A stretch of 56,777 nucleotides of DNA, filler included, from Sphacelaria rigidula (GCA_964200075.2; 4 parts of 4 records of this genome joined end to end with filler, not necessarily neighbours in it); one strand, 5' to 3'; counted from the whole stretch's first letter, positions 38,385 through 52,516 are shown. Notes: generated by a model from the sequence alone, not told the origin. Numbers and translations are program-made.

Positions 38385-38495
38385 CCCTTCGACTGCGAGG
38401 GCTGATCCACTTGTGAATCGGCATCACTTTCACTTGAAAAACAAATGAAAATTATGTCGATTCACAAATGGACCACCGCGCTCGCAGCCAATGGG
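38385..38495. mobile_element. Short piggyBac-like MITE copy
   Basis: cccttcgactgcgag ... ctcgcagccaatggg; core gaatcggcatca..ttcacttgaaaa shared with 40524 and 56689. Confidence 0.6.
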
Positions 38496-39323
38496 TGCCG
38501 AATCACGCACTAGCGGGGCATCTCCACACAACCCCTGGGGGGTTGGGTTGGTAGCAACGTGCTATTTCAATACGTGTTGCTTACTCGTTATTACAGCTAT
38601 CTTGCCGCCAGGGGAATCTCGCCAAGACGATTGTGCTTAACTTATAGCACGAGCAGTTTAAACGAACGGGAAAGGCAGTACACACATACTCACACACACA
38701 CACCACAAACGTCGCCGATTGATATCGTGAAGTGCTGAGACGCCATGATACACAATGTGGATGGATTCGGTTGACAGCAAGTTCTGCCGGTTACATCAGC
38801 TCGCTATCTACTGCAAGCTGAAGCTGAAAACATGATCCTGGAAAATGTACGGATGTATATCATGCACAAAGTTCCAAACAAGAGCGACGGGCGGATTTTG
38901 TTCAGGAATGTTTTTCAGGTCACAGTCGTCAGTCAGAACAGCAGCCCTCAGCGGACCCTCAACATCATTCTCTGTTGTAATTGTGTGGTGTGTGATGGCT
39001 TACCAGTGGCCCTACACTAACTCATCATCGCTTTCTCATATGATCTAGTTCTATAGTGCTCGTACTTTTTCGCGGACGTCGTTTCTGGCGCCCGGGTAGC
39101 GCTATCAACTGCGCAAGGGGGCCTCATGCTCTGTGCTGTGTGTATTGCCAGCGATATGAAACAGCGTCATTATTTTCTCCCTCCTCAAGATTCTGGAATA
39201 GGTGGTGAAGCGGGTTTCCCTCTTCAATTGACCGCCAGGGTGAGCGGTCTGGGTATTGCGAGCACTATTCGGCAAATGATCCACCATGGCGGTCAAGGGG
39301 CCATCAATGATCTCCAATCTGCA

Positions 39324-39702
39324 GTGTGCGTGTGCGTGTGCGTGTGTGTTGTCGTCTCATCTATTCTGGACGCCGGTCTACTCCTTTCGGTATATGTGGG
39401 CGCATTAGCCGGGGTCACACAGGAGGAAGGTCATCACAGGAATTTTCTGTTTTTTGTTTGTTTTTAGTACTTCACCCTTCTTTTTTTGCGGTGCTTGCCA
39501 TTATTTTTTATCACGGGAGGGGTTCAGCAGTCCATTTCCCTCGCCGACCGTTAAGTCAAATTTGTTTACCCACGACATAGTCGCTCTCCACTGTTGTTGG
39601 GCACGGTGTGAGAAAAAATCCCAGATCGCTCCGAGAGTTGAACCTACCACCCACCCATCAGAAGTTTGCGGGGTTACCAACTAAGCCACCGGGGCGACCG
39701 GC
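39324..39702 (-). mobile_element. Full-length tRNA-derived SINE
   Basis: Minus strand begins gccggtcgccccggTGGCTTAGTTGG (A box, 39677-39688), then GGTTCAACTC (B box, 39635-39644), a body shared with two other copies and a (CACACG)n tail. Confidence 0.85.
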
Positions 39703-39831
39703 AGTATGCCGTATAATATAACAGTATAACTCACGCATCTGTTACAATATTTTCACGATTGATAGCGTTCATTACTTGATATGAGTCCAAACATCGATTT
39801 TGTGTTCCTTTTTTCCGAAAAATAAGATTTC

Positions 39832-40120
39832 AACCCCTATCACTCCCAACCAACAACCCCAACCAATCCCCAATCCCAACCAACGCCAGCCAATCCCAAC
39901 CAACAAACAATTTTTTTTAATTAACAGATATTTTACTTTTCACATTAATCCATCAGATAATATTTGACAGAGCATTACACCTAAAATGTGTTTGTACACA
40001 TGGAGGGGCGTTTGGTATTTTTTTTTGGAGGAGGAGGGGAAGGCGATCGGAAATAGCTCGTACAGCGTGATATAGACTATTTGGAGGAAATGGGTTAGGG
40101 TTAGGGTTGGGTTTGGGTGG
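39832..40120. repeat. Inverted CCCAACCAA / GGGTTA(G) telomere-like arrays
   Basis: cccaaccaa repeats at 39845-39904; gggttagggttagggttgggtttggg at 40092-40117. Confidence 0.55.
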
Positions 40121-40499
40121 GATTGCTTTGGTATTGTCCTTGCCCTTGTAAAAAAAACACGAAAAAAATCAACCCATCCCTACCCATCCATCACTTATTG
40201 CCTTTGATATTTTGACAGGCCTGGGGCGGCCAGTGGAGTTCACCACTTGGCGGGTATTAGATTCAGTCTCTAATGTAAATCCGGATCTTGGGTGGGGGTG
40301 TTGTGCTCCTAGCGCCGATTTGAAGTCTGTTAAGGCACAGTTTGCGTGGGAAACACGTTGCACCCCCCTTGCTCGAGGGTTCTCGGTATGCCTTCGCTAA
40401 GGTTAGGATTAGGGTAAGAGTTAGTCTTCTTCGAAATCATGAACATCTCCGAGAAACTTCCCAGACCTATCGAGTGGTGAACTATTATAATAACCTAAT

Positions 40500-40592
40500 T
40501 GATCTTACACAGCGACAGTAGGTCAATCGGCATCAACTTCACTTGAAAAGGATATGCGTGATCCAGATGGACCACCCTTCGCGGTCTGAGGG
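40500..40592. mobile_element. Short piggyBac-like MITE copy (left end degenerate)
   Basis: aatcggcatcaacttcacttgaaaag...cgcggtctgaggg|tcaa. Confidence 0.55.
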
Positions 40593-41741
40593 TCAAGAGG
40601 CCAGGCCTAGAGGCATCTCTTGAAGGGAATGGAAAATCGAAATCCGGATCTTTGATCTCGTCGGGGGTTCACCACCACATTCATTATTGAATCTGTATCG
40701 TTTTTACACCTGCAAATGACTACGGAAGGCGTCCGCATAAGATGCCCAGTACCAATGTACCGCGCAGATATCGGAACGGCTTTTAATGTGAAGACAACAA
40801 CAACAGCAACAACAAATGACTTGTAGCTGGTCAAAAGACGGACCGGCCACAATTCGTTCGCAGACCGTATCGTATCTCACCACATGAAGCAGGAAAATTA
40901 ATGCGAACAATACTGCTCGCGCGTTCTTCTCAACATGTCCCCTCACGAGCGTGGAAGTAGTGGAACCTCGTGGGCTAATAGAGGTATCTCGAACTCGATG
41001 TTCCTGTTATATTTATCAGTAATTTACAGCAAAATATATCGGGAACCTCGATTTTGAGTGCCTATCATAAGGTCGAGATCCCTCCCACCCTCCTTTCCCT
41101 GTAGGAGAGCCGTTTTCCTCACTATCCGGATCTGTTTGGGGTAATTCGGATATAGAATATTCTTTCCTAGAAAAGATATGCATGTATGCCAATGCCGCCC
41201 CCCTGTCGTGGCTCGCGGCAGATGTGAACTGCTGGAGACCTTTATTTCGCCTGCTGCCGCACGTCCGCGCACTCTACTTATTCCCTACTGCCAGCAGACA
41301 ACACAACTGCTCAATCAAGGGATTTGCTTTCGACTTGAGACACGTCACCGTACTACCGCAGGTGAGGTGAGAGCGTGTGCATTGGTGGGCATATTGGAAC
41401 GGCGGGCACCCGATGACCTGTCTGTAGATTTGATCAGAGCCAACAAGTTGCGAGTTTTGTGTTCGTTTCGAACATGAGCGGTGCATGCTGCCTTTCTGTA
41501 GCGGGATGAAGCGATTAGCAAATCCTTTAAAATCAATGCTGTGGAGGGATGCTGCAGTTGTATCGAAGGCGCCCGAACCTTGACGCGCTAGTCTATGGCG
41601 TACCATGCCGCCACGTCCCCACTTCAAAACAGGTTCGTGCTAGAAGTTTTCGCCATCGGTTTCTCCGCGAGCCTTGGCGTGCGGCCTTCCGTAGTCTCGG
41701 GAAGTGACAGCAGCAGCCGGCAAAAAAAGCCAGCCACTGAC

Positions 41742-41814
41742 GTCTGTACGGGGATAACAATATGTCTGTACAGGGATAGCCGTATGTCTGTACGGGGATA
41801 GCAGTATGTCTACA
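41742..41814 (+). repeat. Tandem repeat, 21-22 bp unit, ~3.3 copies
   Basis: gtctgtacgggataacaatat / gtctgtacagggatagccgtat / gtctgtacggggatagcagtat / gtctacag. Confidence 0.85.
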
Positions 41815-42468
41815 GTGCGCGCGCCCGCGGACGAGAAAAAAACTCGGGAGAAAAAAAGGTTCAAATCTCCGCGAAAGATGAGAAAATTGGGCCAAGAAAC
41901 ATAGCTCAATGGTGGATTCTTCACCAAACCCCTGTGTATCCAATATTTTACGCTCGACGATGGCGACGAATGAATGTAGAAGTCGAGGCTCGATCCATAT
42001 TTTACGTTTCTTGTCAGCGGGCGCCAACTGTCTGTCTGTACTCAACGCTGGACGATGTTGTGATAATGACATGGCTGCTTCGTTTCCTCATGATCTTCGT
42101 TTGATGGAATAACGATAGAACATACGCCGTAGACGGTCTTGGCAACATCTCCCGGGGCGAGAAAGTTACGACGAGTAAGTGTGATGCTGTAATATAACCC
42201 TTCTTACTCAGAAAAGTGACTGGTTTGGGGAGGCATAATCTACATGCGGACGAAAGCCCAGCACAGCGAGCAGCTCAGAGCTCCCATATTCGGGACCGTA
42301 TTGGCATTGTCACCCATTGGAGGCACTTCAGGCAGTCTGAAACCAGCTGTCACTGTCTGTGTTGCCATTTTATTCGTGACAGTTTGGGGGCTGGTTTGGG
42401 GGGGGGGGGAGGGGGTTATCATGGCATCACTCGAAAGCAACAAGCACTGAAACAGCACCGTGGTACCG

Positions 42469-42499
<31 letters not shown>

Positions 42500-42558
42500 A
42501 CCCAGAGACCCCCCCACATCACCCAACAAAACACATATACAGATAATAGTATGGTGTT

Positions 42559-42658
42559 NNNNNNNNNNNNNNNNNNNNNNNNNNNNNNNNNNNNNNNNNN
42601 NNTTAATTAATTAANNNNNNNNNNNNNNNNNNNNNNNNNNNNNNNNNNNNNNNNNNNN
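42559..42658. other. Assembly gap with TTAATTAATTAA linker
   Basis: 100-nt N run; linker at 42603-42614. Confidence 0.97.
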
Positions 42659-42660
42659 CC

Positions 42661-45600
42661 CCCGCCTCCCCCCCCCCCCCCGCCTACCCCCCCCCCCACC
42701 CCCCCCCCCCCCCCACCCCACCGCCTACCACACCACCGCCCTACACCCCACCACCAACCACGCCACCTCCCACCACCCCGCCGCCAGCTACACCACCGCC
42801 CACCACACCGTCTCCAAGTACACCACCTCCCACCACGCCACCACCCACTACGCCCACACCACCACCTACCACACCGCCTCCAAGTGCACCACCTCCCACC
42901 ATACCACCCTCTATAACGCAACCGCCTACCGCCCCACCGCCAACTACACCATCGCCCTCTACTCCACCTCCCACCACGCCACCGCCCACCACATCGCCTC
43001 CAAGTACAGCACCTCCCAGCACGCCACTGCCCATCACGCCACCGCCCACCACCTCACCTCCAAGCACATCACCTCCCACCACGCCACCGCCTACCACGCT
43101 ACCGCCCATCACCCTGCCTCCTACCACACCGCCTCTAACTACACCACCGCCAACCTCGCAATCTCCCACCACGCCACCGCCAAGCACTCCACTGCCCACC
43201 ACGCCGCCGCCTACCACATCGCCGCCCACCACACCACCGTTCATCACTCCACCGCCCAGCACGTCACCGCCAACTACCCCACAGCCGACCACACTACCAC
43301 CCACCACACCACCTCCCACCAATCTACCGCCAACTACACCACAGCCCTTTACTCCACCGCCCACCACCTCACCTCCTGGCACATCACCTCCCAGCACATC
43401 ACCTCCCGCCACGCCACCGACTACCATGCCACCGCCCACCACCCTGCCTCCTACCACCCTGCCTCCAACTACACCACCGCCAACCTCGCGATCCCCCACC
43501 ACGGCACCGCCCAGCACGTCACCACCAACTACCCCACAGCCGACCACACCACCACCCACCACACTACCTCCCGCCACCCCACCTTTCACCACACCACCGC
43601 CCACCACGCCACGGTCTACCACACCACCTCCCAGCACCCCACCTCCTACCACGCCACCGCCTACCACGCCACCTCCCACCATTCCACCGCCCAGCACCCC
43701 ACTCCCCACTACGCTGCTGCCTACCACACGGCCTCCTACCACATCGCCTCCAACTACATCACCGCCAACCCTGCCACCATCCACCACGCCACCCCCTAGC
43801 ACATCATCCCCCACCACACCGCCTCCAACTATAACACCTACCACCACGCCACCTCCCACCACGCCGCCGCCTACCACACCACCTACCAGCGCACCACCTC
43901 CCACCACGCCACCGCCCACCACACAACCACCCACTGCGCCACCGCTGGCTACACCACCGCCGGCTACACCACCACCCACCACTCCGCCGCCGTCCACGCC
44001 ACTTCCCAGGACGCCACTGCCAACCATGCTGCCGCCGACCACACCGCCTCCTATCACCCCGCCTCCAACTACATCACCTCCCACCACGCCACCTCCTGGC
44101 ACATCACCCCCCACGACATCGCCTCCAACAACGCCGCTGCCCCCCACGCCACCACCTCCCACACCACCTCCCACCACACCAACTACAACTACACCACCTT
44201 CCACCACTCCACCACCTACTGCACCATCGCCCACCATGCTGCCGCCTACCACACCGCCGCCTACCACCCCGCCTCAAACTACACGACCGCCCACCTCGCC
44301 ACCGCCGACTACACCAACTCCCACTACGCCACAGCCTAGCACATCACCCCCCACCGCACCGCCTCCAACTACACCACCTCCCACCACGCTGCCGCCTACC
44401 ACACCACCTACCAGTACACCAACTCCCACCACGCCACCACCCACCACACCACCACCTACTGCGTCACCGCCCACCACACAACCACCGGCTACACCACCGC
44501 CGGCTACACCACCACCCACCACTGCACTGCCCACCACGCCACTTCCCACCACGCCATCGCCCACCATGCTGCCGCCGACCACACCGCCTCCTATCACCCC
44601 GCCTCCAACTACACGGCCCACCACACCACCTCCCACCACGTCACCGTCTAGCACATCACCGCCCAGCCCATCGCCTCCAACTGCGCTACCGCGCACCACG
44701 CCACCACCCACCACTCCACCATCTAACACCCCACTACCCACCACGCCACCGCCTACCACATCACCATCCGCCACGCCACCGCCGGGTACACCGACGCCCT
44801 CCACTCTACCGCCCACCATGCCGCCTTCGACCACTCCGCCTCCTACCACCCCGCCTTCAACTATACGACCGCCCAACTCGCCACCGCCCATCACACCACT
44901 CCCCCACACGTCGCCGCCTACCACACTGCCTCCATCTACACGGCCGCCCAACACGCCACCGCCCAACACACTGCCGCCTACCACCCCACCTCCAACTACA
45001 CGACCGTCAACCTCGCCATCGCCCACGACACCGCCTCCAACTACGCCGCAGCCCACCACACCACCGCCCACCGTACCATCGTCTATCACGCCTATAGGAG
45101 TACCACCGGTCAAAGAACTGGCGCCCACAGGTGCCGAGCCTCCGACGGATCCGCCAGCCACTGTTGTCCGAGAGGTGCGGTTTTTCGAATTCTACGAAGG
45201 GTTGAATATATTTTCACCGTTGCGTTTATGTGGCGGGGGCATGAGATGCATACTCCCACTGTCGAAGCTACTTCCAAGGTGAGGTGTTCGCGAGGATTAT
45301 GTGTCTTGTACTCACCCACGAAGGTTGGCTTTTTGACGTACAGTACACCACGGTGAGATACTACTTGATGGCGCCGAACCGAAAATACAAGAATAATATA
45401 TGGTACCGCTATGGGAGGGTCATGCTCTCCCTCGTTTCCATTCCGCTTCCAACGTATCGTGCAATCACAGATTTCAAGACCGGGAACTGTTGCCGCCGGA
45501 GCCTTGTCCGTTTTAGCCATTGTTGGCATTGTTGTCGTATCTCTGGGGAGTCTCGCGCGATCGAATGACCACCCGGGCGGAACATCGGGTTCCGGTGGCG

Positions 45601-48600
45601 CGGAGTCATCACACAGCGTCAACGCAGGCCTAACAAGAGTGGTGAGATAAAGTGACAGTGTCAACCATTGTGTGAAAAACATGGAAGTGCGCTGTGTGTG
45701 GAAACGTTTGCAGCACGAAGCATCCCAGGTCGACGTCGCAGTTCGCGGAGACAAGCCTTTCCCGTCTCGTCTACGGAGAAATCGTACTCCTCATGGCACG
45801 TGTAGCAACTAGATGCGTTAAGGTTGTGTCATTATGAATCATGACTCATATAGGCTTCGAGTCACATCACTGCTGAGGGAGGGGAATTGCTACCACCAAC
45901 ACATGCAGCAGGCTGTCGTAGATAGCACACGTAGCTTATTCGTTGCTGCAATTTTTGTACACCCATCAAAACTTGCAACACACAGATCGGTGGCGCCTTG
46001 GTTGCGGGCGGCGGAAACGACCGGGATGATGAGGCGGAACGCGTCCCCGAGCATACTGGGCGAGGTGTCAGCAAGCGCCGGCCGTCTGCCACGCTTGCGT
46101 TCGTGCTCATGTCACAGCTTCAGTTTCTGGCGACCCTATCTTTGGTAGATTCTACTGTGGAATCGGGCGACTGGTGGTCGGACTTCCTCGTCGGTCTTAG
46201 GTGAGGTAACCCGGTGGGGGGAGAGGAGGACTTGGAGGGGAGGAAGAGAATACACTTGTGATACTCGACGACTGTACGCTTGTGTACAGACAGTCTTATG
46301 TATTCGCACGTATATTGGTCAAACGTTGGTAGACTATCGTGTTTGCAGTTGGCGTTCGTACAGTATGATGTTGCTCTGTATGTCGCAACGACAACCAGGG
46401 AACAAGGTACCACACGTGGAAAACCTTGTACATATAATAAAGAGAGGGGCGACATTCAGGAGGTCAGCGTAGCTTAGGCAACTAATCATATTAGAATATA
46501 TAGATTTGGCATTCCCGGAGTGTTGGCTGCGAGTATTGTTTCGAGTCGAAATGCAGGAAACGCTGGTGTAAGCCCGAGAGCAAATCGATCTGTTGACTGT
46601 GCCTATTATTCAAACCTCGTGAGCTGCGTTACGCCTTGCGGTTTGGACAGCACCTCCTGGACTCTCGACATTATGATCATCTAGTCATGCTGCGCTCGTC
46701 TCATTTTGCCTGTGCGCTGGCGATGACCGTTGGTGTTTTGGACTGCAATGGGAAACTGGTGTTTTTCTACCTCTAGACGTGACTCCGCATCGGGTGAGCG
46801 CGGTGCTCAACGCTCTCGCCGATCTCATAAATTGTGGGATTTTAGGCTGAATAATATGCGCTTGATGGTGAGAAAACTCATCATCTTCCCACCTCAGTGA
46901 CACAAGTGTCGTAGAAACGAACATGCTCCCCTTTCGGCCGTTTTTTTTTGTATCAGGTGGATAAACCTTTGGTGGCCAGCGGACTTTGCCAAAGATGTCA
47001 CCCCCGCCTCGTGTACGGTCGGCTCAGCAGCCGATCTTGGAGCCGTGGTGTTTGTTGGAAACCTTGTATTGGTCGTGGGCATTCTACTGGGGATTTTATT
47101 CCTCCACATCTTGTTAGTTTCCTTGGTTGAGGCATATTGGATGTCAAAGGTGAGCGTTTGAGTCGGCAGTTCAGCCTGTTCGCGCTAGAGTTCACGATGA
47201 TATGTCAGTCTAACTTATTTTTCTTCAGGTCTTGTTCGTTTCCTCCGTTGAGGCATACTAGATGTCAAACGTAGACGTTGAGTTGAGTCGAGGGTTCAGT
47301 ATGTCAGTGTGTCCGCGCTGAAATTCGTCATGATCTGTAGCAAATCTCCTTGTTTTCTCCCTATGTAACGGTTTATACAGGAACGATGATCATGTATGCC
47401 AAACCACTGGAATCTACGAGAATGCCCAGACGTTGGGAGAGGTGGGGAGAGGTTTACACCTGAAGTCGTGTATCGGTTGGCTTTGGTGTGAACTCATTCA
47501 GGGAAGACTAAATTCCAATGTAACCAGTTCCTGTCCAGGTTCAATTGAGTGCCGCTGCAGTGAACGCAATGCTACATCAATACCATGCACATTCCTATCA
47601 TTCAGGCGCGGGGTGTCTCTGTCCACGTACCTTAACGCAACGTTCAATAACTGTTAATGCATAAGTGTACCTCGATACTTCATGAGCGGGAGTCGTCTGA
47701 GCACCGGATCTTCTCGTTAAAATGACACACTATTGAAAAGCGGGTTTACAACAACCGCACAATCGGAACAGGTTGACGTCCGTATCTTCGGCGCACATAC
47801 ATACGTCATCAAGCGTACCGAATAGGTGAGTCAAGTATCCTGAAGTTCGGATAGACGACACTTTCACATTACCTCCAGACCAACCGTTGTTCAACCAAAC
47901 GATTCTTGAATATACTTATAAAACACCGCCGATTTTTCTCCGCTGTTTTTCGTTGCAGGTGGAGGCCAGAGCTGAGGTGGCGAGCGCTCGTATGAGGGGA
48001 ATATCGATGCGCGAGCTCCAGCACATGTCGGCGGGGAATCGATACCGGCATCGCACGATGCCTGGACCTGATTCACGCGACGTTTCTCAGTGCTCCACCG
48101 CAGGCATGGGACCTGTGCTTCGTACCGCTCCCAATGCCAGAAATGGGGACGAAGGTGAGAGAAATACTTCAGCTTCACCCGGCGTTTAGAAACGGCCTTC
48201 TTCAATCGGTGTTCTATGGTCGATTCCACGAGAAACAGGGGGGCAAGGTGTGTCAAGCGACCTAAGGATTTGCGTTGTGCTTTTAGGGGGAAAACGGTGC
48301 CAAGTGGTATGAACGAGTGTCCTACTGATAGCCGGCGCGTTTGAACAATCTTCACTGCTTTCAACGCTGATTTGAGAGGAAATTTTGTGTGAAAAACGGC
48401 CCAGAATAATTCCCTCCCCCAATCGTAGCATCACTCGATCGTTTGTACCACACATGTTTTCGTGCATATCATGTCTGTTTGTTTTTTGTCGTATGGTAGA
48501 CGAAGGCGTGGGTGACGAGGAGAGGGGGAACTCTTCGAGTTTAATCACGATGCTTGGGCACCGGCACCAGAACCCTATCGAGCACTGCCGGGAAAATTCA

Positions 48601-51600
48601 CGGTCGGCGTGGCTGCACTTCCCTCACGTGGAGCTGGTGTTCTTGTTCTTCGCTTTCGAGGGGGCTGTAGCATCACAGGTGGCGGTCATTCAAGAGGCGG
48701 CATGTCTGGAAATTTTCATCGCTGCTCTTTGCACTTTGGTGAGATTTAAACCGGAACGTGTGGTCAAACATTAGCCGATTTTTCAAACCTGTTCGAAACT
48801 CAAGTCGTTGCAAAGAGTCGTGTTCAGCACTGTTCGGGATAATCCGGAAGGTCAACGGTGTCATTACTGGTCGCTATGCAGTGTGGCACAAGCTGTGCCA
48901 AATGGGAAGCACGTTCAAGTTTATTGCCCCTCTTATCACGAGTACATGTTGTTTTGCTGTTCCTTTTTTTTGTTTTTCCTTGGAGCGTGTTTTCAGTTTC
49001 GTTTTCGTTGGGTACGTCTACCATGACACCACGGCTGGACCCCTGGGGGGTCAGTTAAAGTGCGACAATCAATCAAAATCAATCATATACCTTATTTCAC
49101 ACGCCCTACAGTACAACGACCCGTCGATTTTCCGTCGAATTTACAACATTGCATGTTCCCCGTCCTTTTTCCTCCCTTGATGTGCTGCGACTACACTACA
49201 GGCATTGTACCCGGTGCTAATGTTCGTGACTGTTTGCCGGACCGTTCAAGTTCGCGTCCTCCCCGACGCCCTACTGATATTCCGACATTTCTCTCCTAAT
49301 GAAGTGTCTGGCGGAATGCGCGGCATGCTGAGTCGTTTCCGAACGAGTTGGCGTGAAGACTACAGTCTTTTTTCATGGGCCGACAAGGGGCAGTGGGAGA
49401 CGGTAGAGACTAAAGAAGAACGCGTGCAGAGAGAGGGAGACTGGTTCCGGATTGGCTTCGAGCCGGTGTTCGTGGACTATACCAAGAGGGGCACGTTGTT
49501 CCTCGTGGCGACTCTTGTAGAGGTGCGTCACACCCCCTTTTTTTTCACTTTCATCCTACATATTTATTTTCTTTGATGATTGCTGTCTATGTGTGCTTTC
49601 ATTGATTTGAGGACAGGCTCCCCGGTTGTTTCGTACCGGAAGCGCCGGGTGGCATGCCGTCGTCATTGGCCGGGTGTTATGCTTTTGCGACGTTGCGTGT
49701 GAAACGTAAGACACGACCATAGTCCCTGGTCTTTGCATCTCGTGAATGAACTTACTCGTTTTTCACATGATGTCACAGCGCACACCTCCCTCCCCTGATC
49801 CTCCCCCTATCCTCTGATGGATCTGACCAGTGGACAGCGCTTGCATGTGTGGCCGTGTTGGTGAACGACGATGCGGTGCAGCTTTTCCTATTCTGTGGCA
49901 TCCACTCGGTGGCTTTCATTCTCCTTGTCACGCTCAAGCCCTTCGCTAACGGGTACGTGCTGTCTCAGTATCGCTGCGCAATTGGCCACGCAATGATGTA
50001 GCCACACCGGTAAGGAGTGCTTACAAGCAACGTTTGGCGACTATGTAACAGATGAACGGGGCATTCATGGTTTGTGTCGTCGTCGGCCGCCTCCCCTGCC
50101 TGCTTGGGGCTACAATAAAGCCCACAACTAACAACGGGATGTGCTTCTCAGAGTGTGCTTCTTTCTGCCACTGGCTTCGTTTCACTCCGTTTTGCGCTTC
50201 TTGGTACCGTTTCGTGCCTTTTCTTCCGCAGAGTCGTTAACAACATTGAGGCGTGCCTCATGTTTACAGACGCTGTCTGCATGGGTCTGCTTGGGTGGTC
50301 GACCCTCTCCCACGAAAGCGCGCCTTCGGAAAGCAGCGTGAACACGGCTGTGTTTTATCTGCAGGTCGTGGTGCTCTGCTGTAAGTATGTCCTGATGTTT
50401 GTGTGCGGCACTTGGAAGGATGTGATGGGAAGGGGATCTCAGCATGGTTATCAGAACCCCTCGTCGTAGCAGCAGCATTGATTGGAAGTATAAAGCATCC
50501 GTCCCAAGAAGTCCCTTACTTCACGCTTCCTTTGAAGAAACACTATTACAGTCGTATTTTTCAACTGGGTTGCCAAACCTGTCATGTTCCGTAGTCGTCT
50601 GCATTTGCATTGTTTCCTGTGTCTAAATTTCCCGTCGGTCCTATTTTTCTGTCGTCGATTTCCTTACGAGTGCGTGATATCTAAATAAGGCACCGTGAGT
50701 TGGTCGGCAAGAGTTTTGTTGTGGCTTAACACCTCTGAATATGCCTGTGCATGCGCGTGTTATTTCCACCGGCAGTGCTGGTGATTCCGGTTTACGTGGA
50801 TACGATCACGATATTGCTAGGAGCGATACGCAGCAGAATTACCAAGATCATGAGTACGCACGAAAGAGATATCAAGGTAACTCGTCGTACCAAGATAATT
50901 CGTCATGGTCCAGTGTCCGAACGTTGTCCTTGAGAAGAACACATTTTACGATATGCGTGTCGAGTGTGCAGGAGATAGACAGCAGATGTGATGGAGTGTG
51001 CGACATATTTTCCCGAGCATGACGCATTCTTTCAGTTCTGTGTTTTGTGTGGATTCATTCTCAGCAGTCTGGAGTTGATGTGGCAACGAAGCGACCCTTG
51101 ATCGGCGAATAACTGAACTTATTTGGCACGCGTCCGAGTACGCTGCACATTACGTGGGTCGGTGAACACAAGAATAATTTTGTCGTCATCACCGAACAGC
51201 AAACTAGGCACATCACAATCGACGCCTGTTTACTCTACGAGAGGCCCGAACCGATCTTTCACCTAGGCCCCCTTGCTTTGGCTCATCTGTCGATACGGTA
51301 CACCCCTTTCGTAGGCGGAAGGTGAAGAACGCGAGGCGCAAGACTACATCCGCCGCAGCACCTATCGAGGGTGGGCCAGAACATGGTGCGCTATGCTCCG
51401 CCACAATGTAATCGCGTGTGCGAGAGACACGCGTGAGGGCATCCGCAAGCCACGTCAGCTTTCCGCCGGACGCACTGGCCCCTTCCCCCCTGTCCCTGTC
51501 GGTGCAATAAGCCGATCGAGCTCTGGTGCCGACCCTCAGCGGCCCAGCGATAATGCCATTGGCTCCGCCAATACGCCAGTAATTGTCGCCTCGGGACGGT

Positions 51601-52473
51601 TCAACGAAACAGACTCGAGTTCGCGAGGTAGTAGCCTGGGTGGTCTGCTACTGGATAGCGGCAACGAATCCGGCGGTGGTCGCGCACCCATCTGTGACGA
51701 ACCAGTGCCGAATACCTCCAACGCTTTCGATTCCAACCCTGACCTGTCTCTGATTAGGGTGACGGATGCTGTTAACCAACGTACTGTGAAAGGGTCGTCG
51801 ATTGGGGGCAGTGGCGTCAGCGACGTGCCACTCGAATCTCTGCAGCCTAACGAGAGCGAACCCAGCGGAGGATCGCTCGGAAGCCACAGTACGACGTCGA
51901 ACGGACGGGGTCTGGATGACGATGGCGACAGCAACGGTAGTTCTTCAGCGCTACCGGTGTGCGTCTCAAACTCGGTTCCTGTGGCAAAACGCGAACGCGC
52001 TTCAATTTATCCGCGCGCCTTGGATGAGACGGAGAATTCAGGAGCAGGCGAGAGTAGCGGCAGGGAACTGCTATGTCACCGTGACGTTTCCAACGGATCG
52101 GTCATGCTGTCCCAGCTCCCGGCCTCTGAGGTTACATTACCAGCAGATGTGGAAGAGCATGGAGGAAACAAAAGTGCGGTTCTTGTAGGTAAAGAAGAGG
52201 TGAGAAGTAGAGGCAAACCATTTCCCGGGCTGTTCAGCAAGCCACTTGTCGAGAGCGATTTTCCTCGCAGAAGTTCCTCGGGATCCGTGGGTTTCGTCAA
52301 CACCGCGGGTAAAGCTGCAACGGGCACCAACCCAGCGCCGTTGTGCTCCACCGAAGGTTACCAAACTCAGGAAGAAGGATTACCTTCTAGTGGTAAAACA
52401 CTCTTGTATCACCGCAACCATTCCGCAGACGAAGAGTATTATCTCTCTGCCTCACATATACAAGAAGAGAAAA

Positions 52474-52516
<43 letters not shown>

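Noticed and set aside
39630-39702. Functional tRNA gene
   Set aside because: A/B boxes are present but there is no convincing cloverleaf, and it is fused to a repeated SINE body.
40092-40117. True telomere or chromosome fusion site
   Set aside because: Only 2-3 units, embedded in repeat-like sequence.
41742-41814. Short repeat array considered as CRISPR-like
   Set aside because: Head-to-tail tandem units with no unique spacers or cas genes, in a eukaryotic context.
42244-42450. Signal-peptide exon for the Pro/Thr-rich protein
   Set aside because: No clear donor, it ends in a stop and it lies across a contig gap; cannot be supported.
42607-45161. Long minus-strand Gly/Val ORFs (508 and 295 aa)
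   Set aside because: Antisense shadows of the (TTPPP)n exon; the + frame splices into downstream exons.
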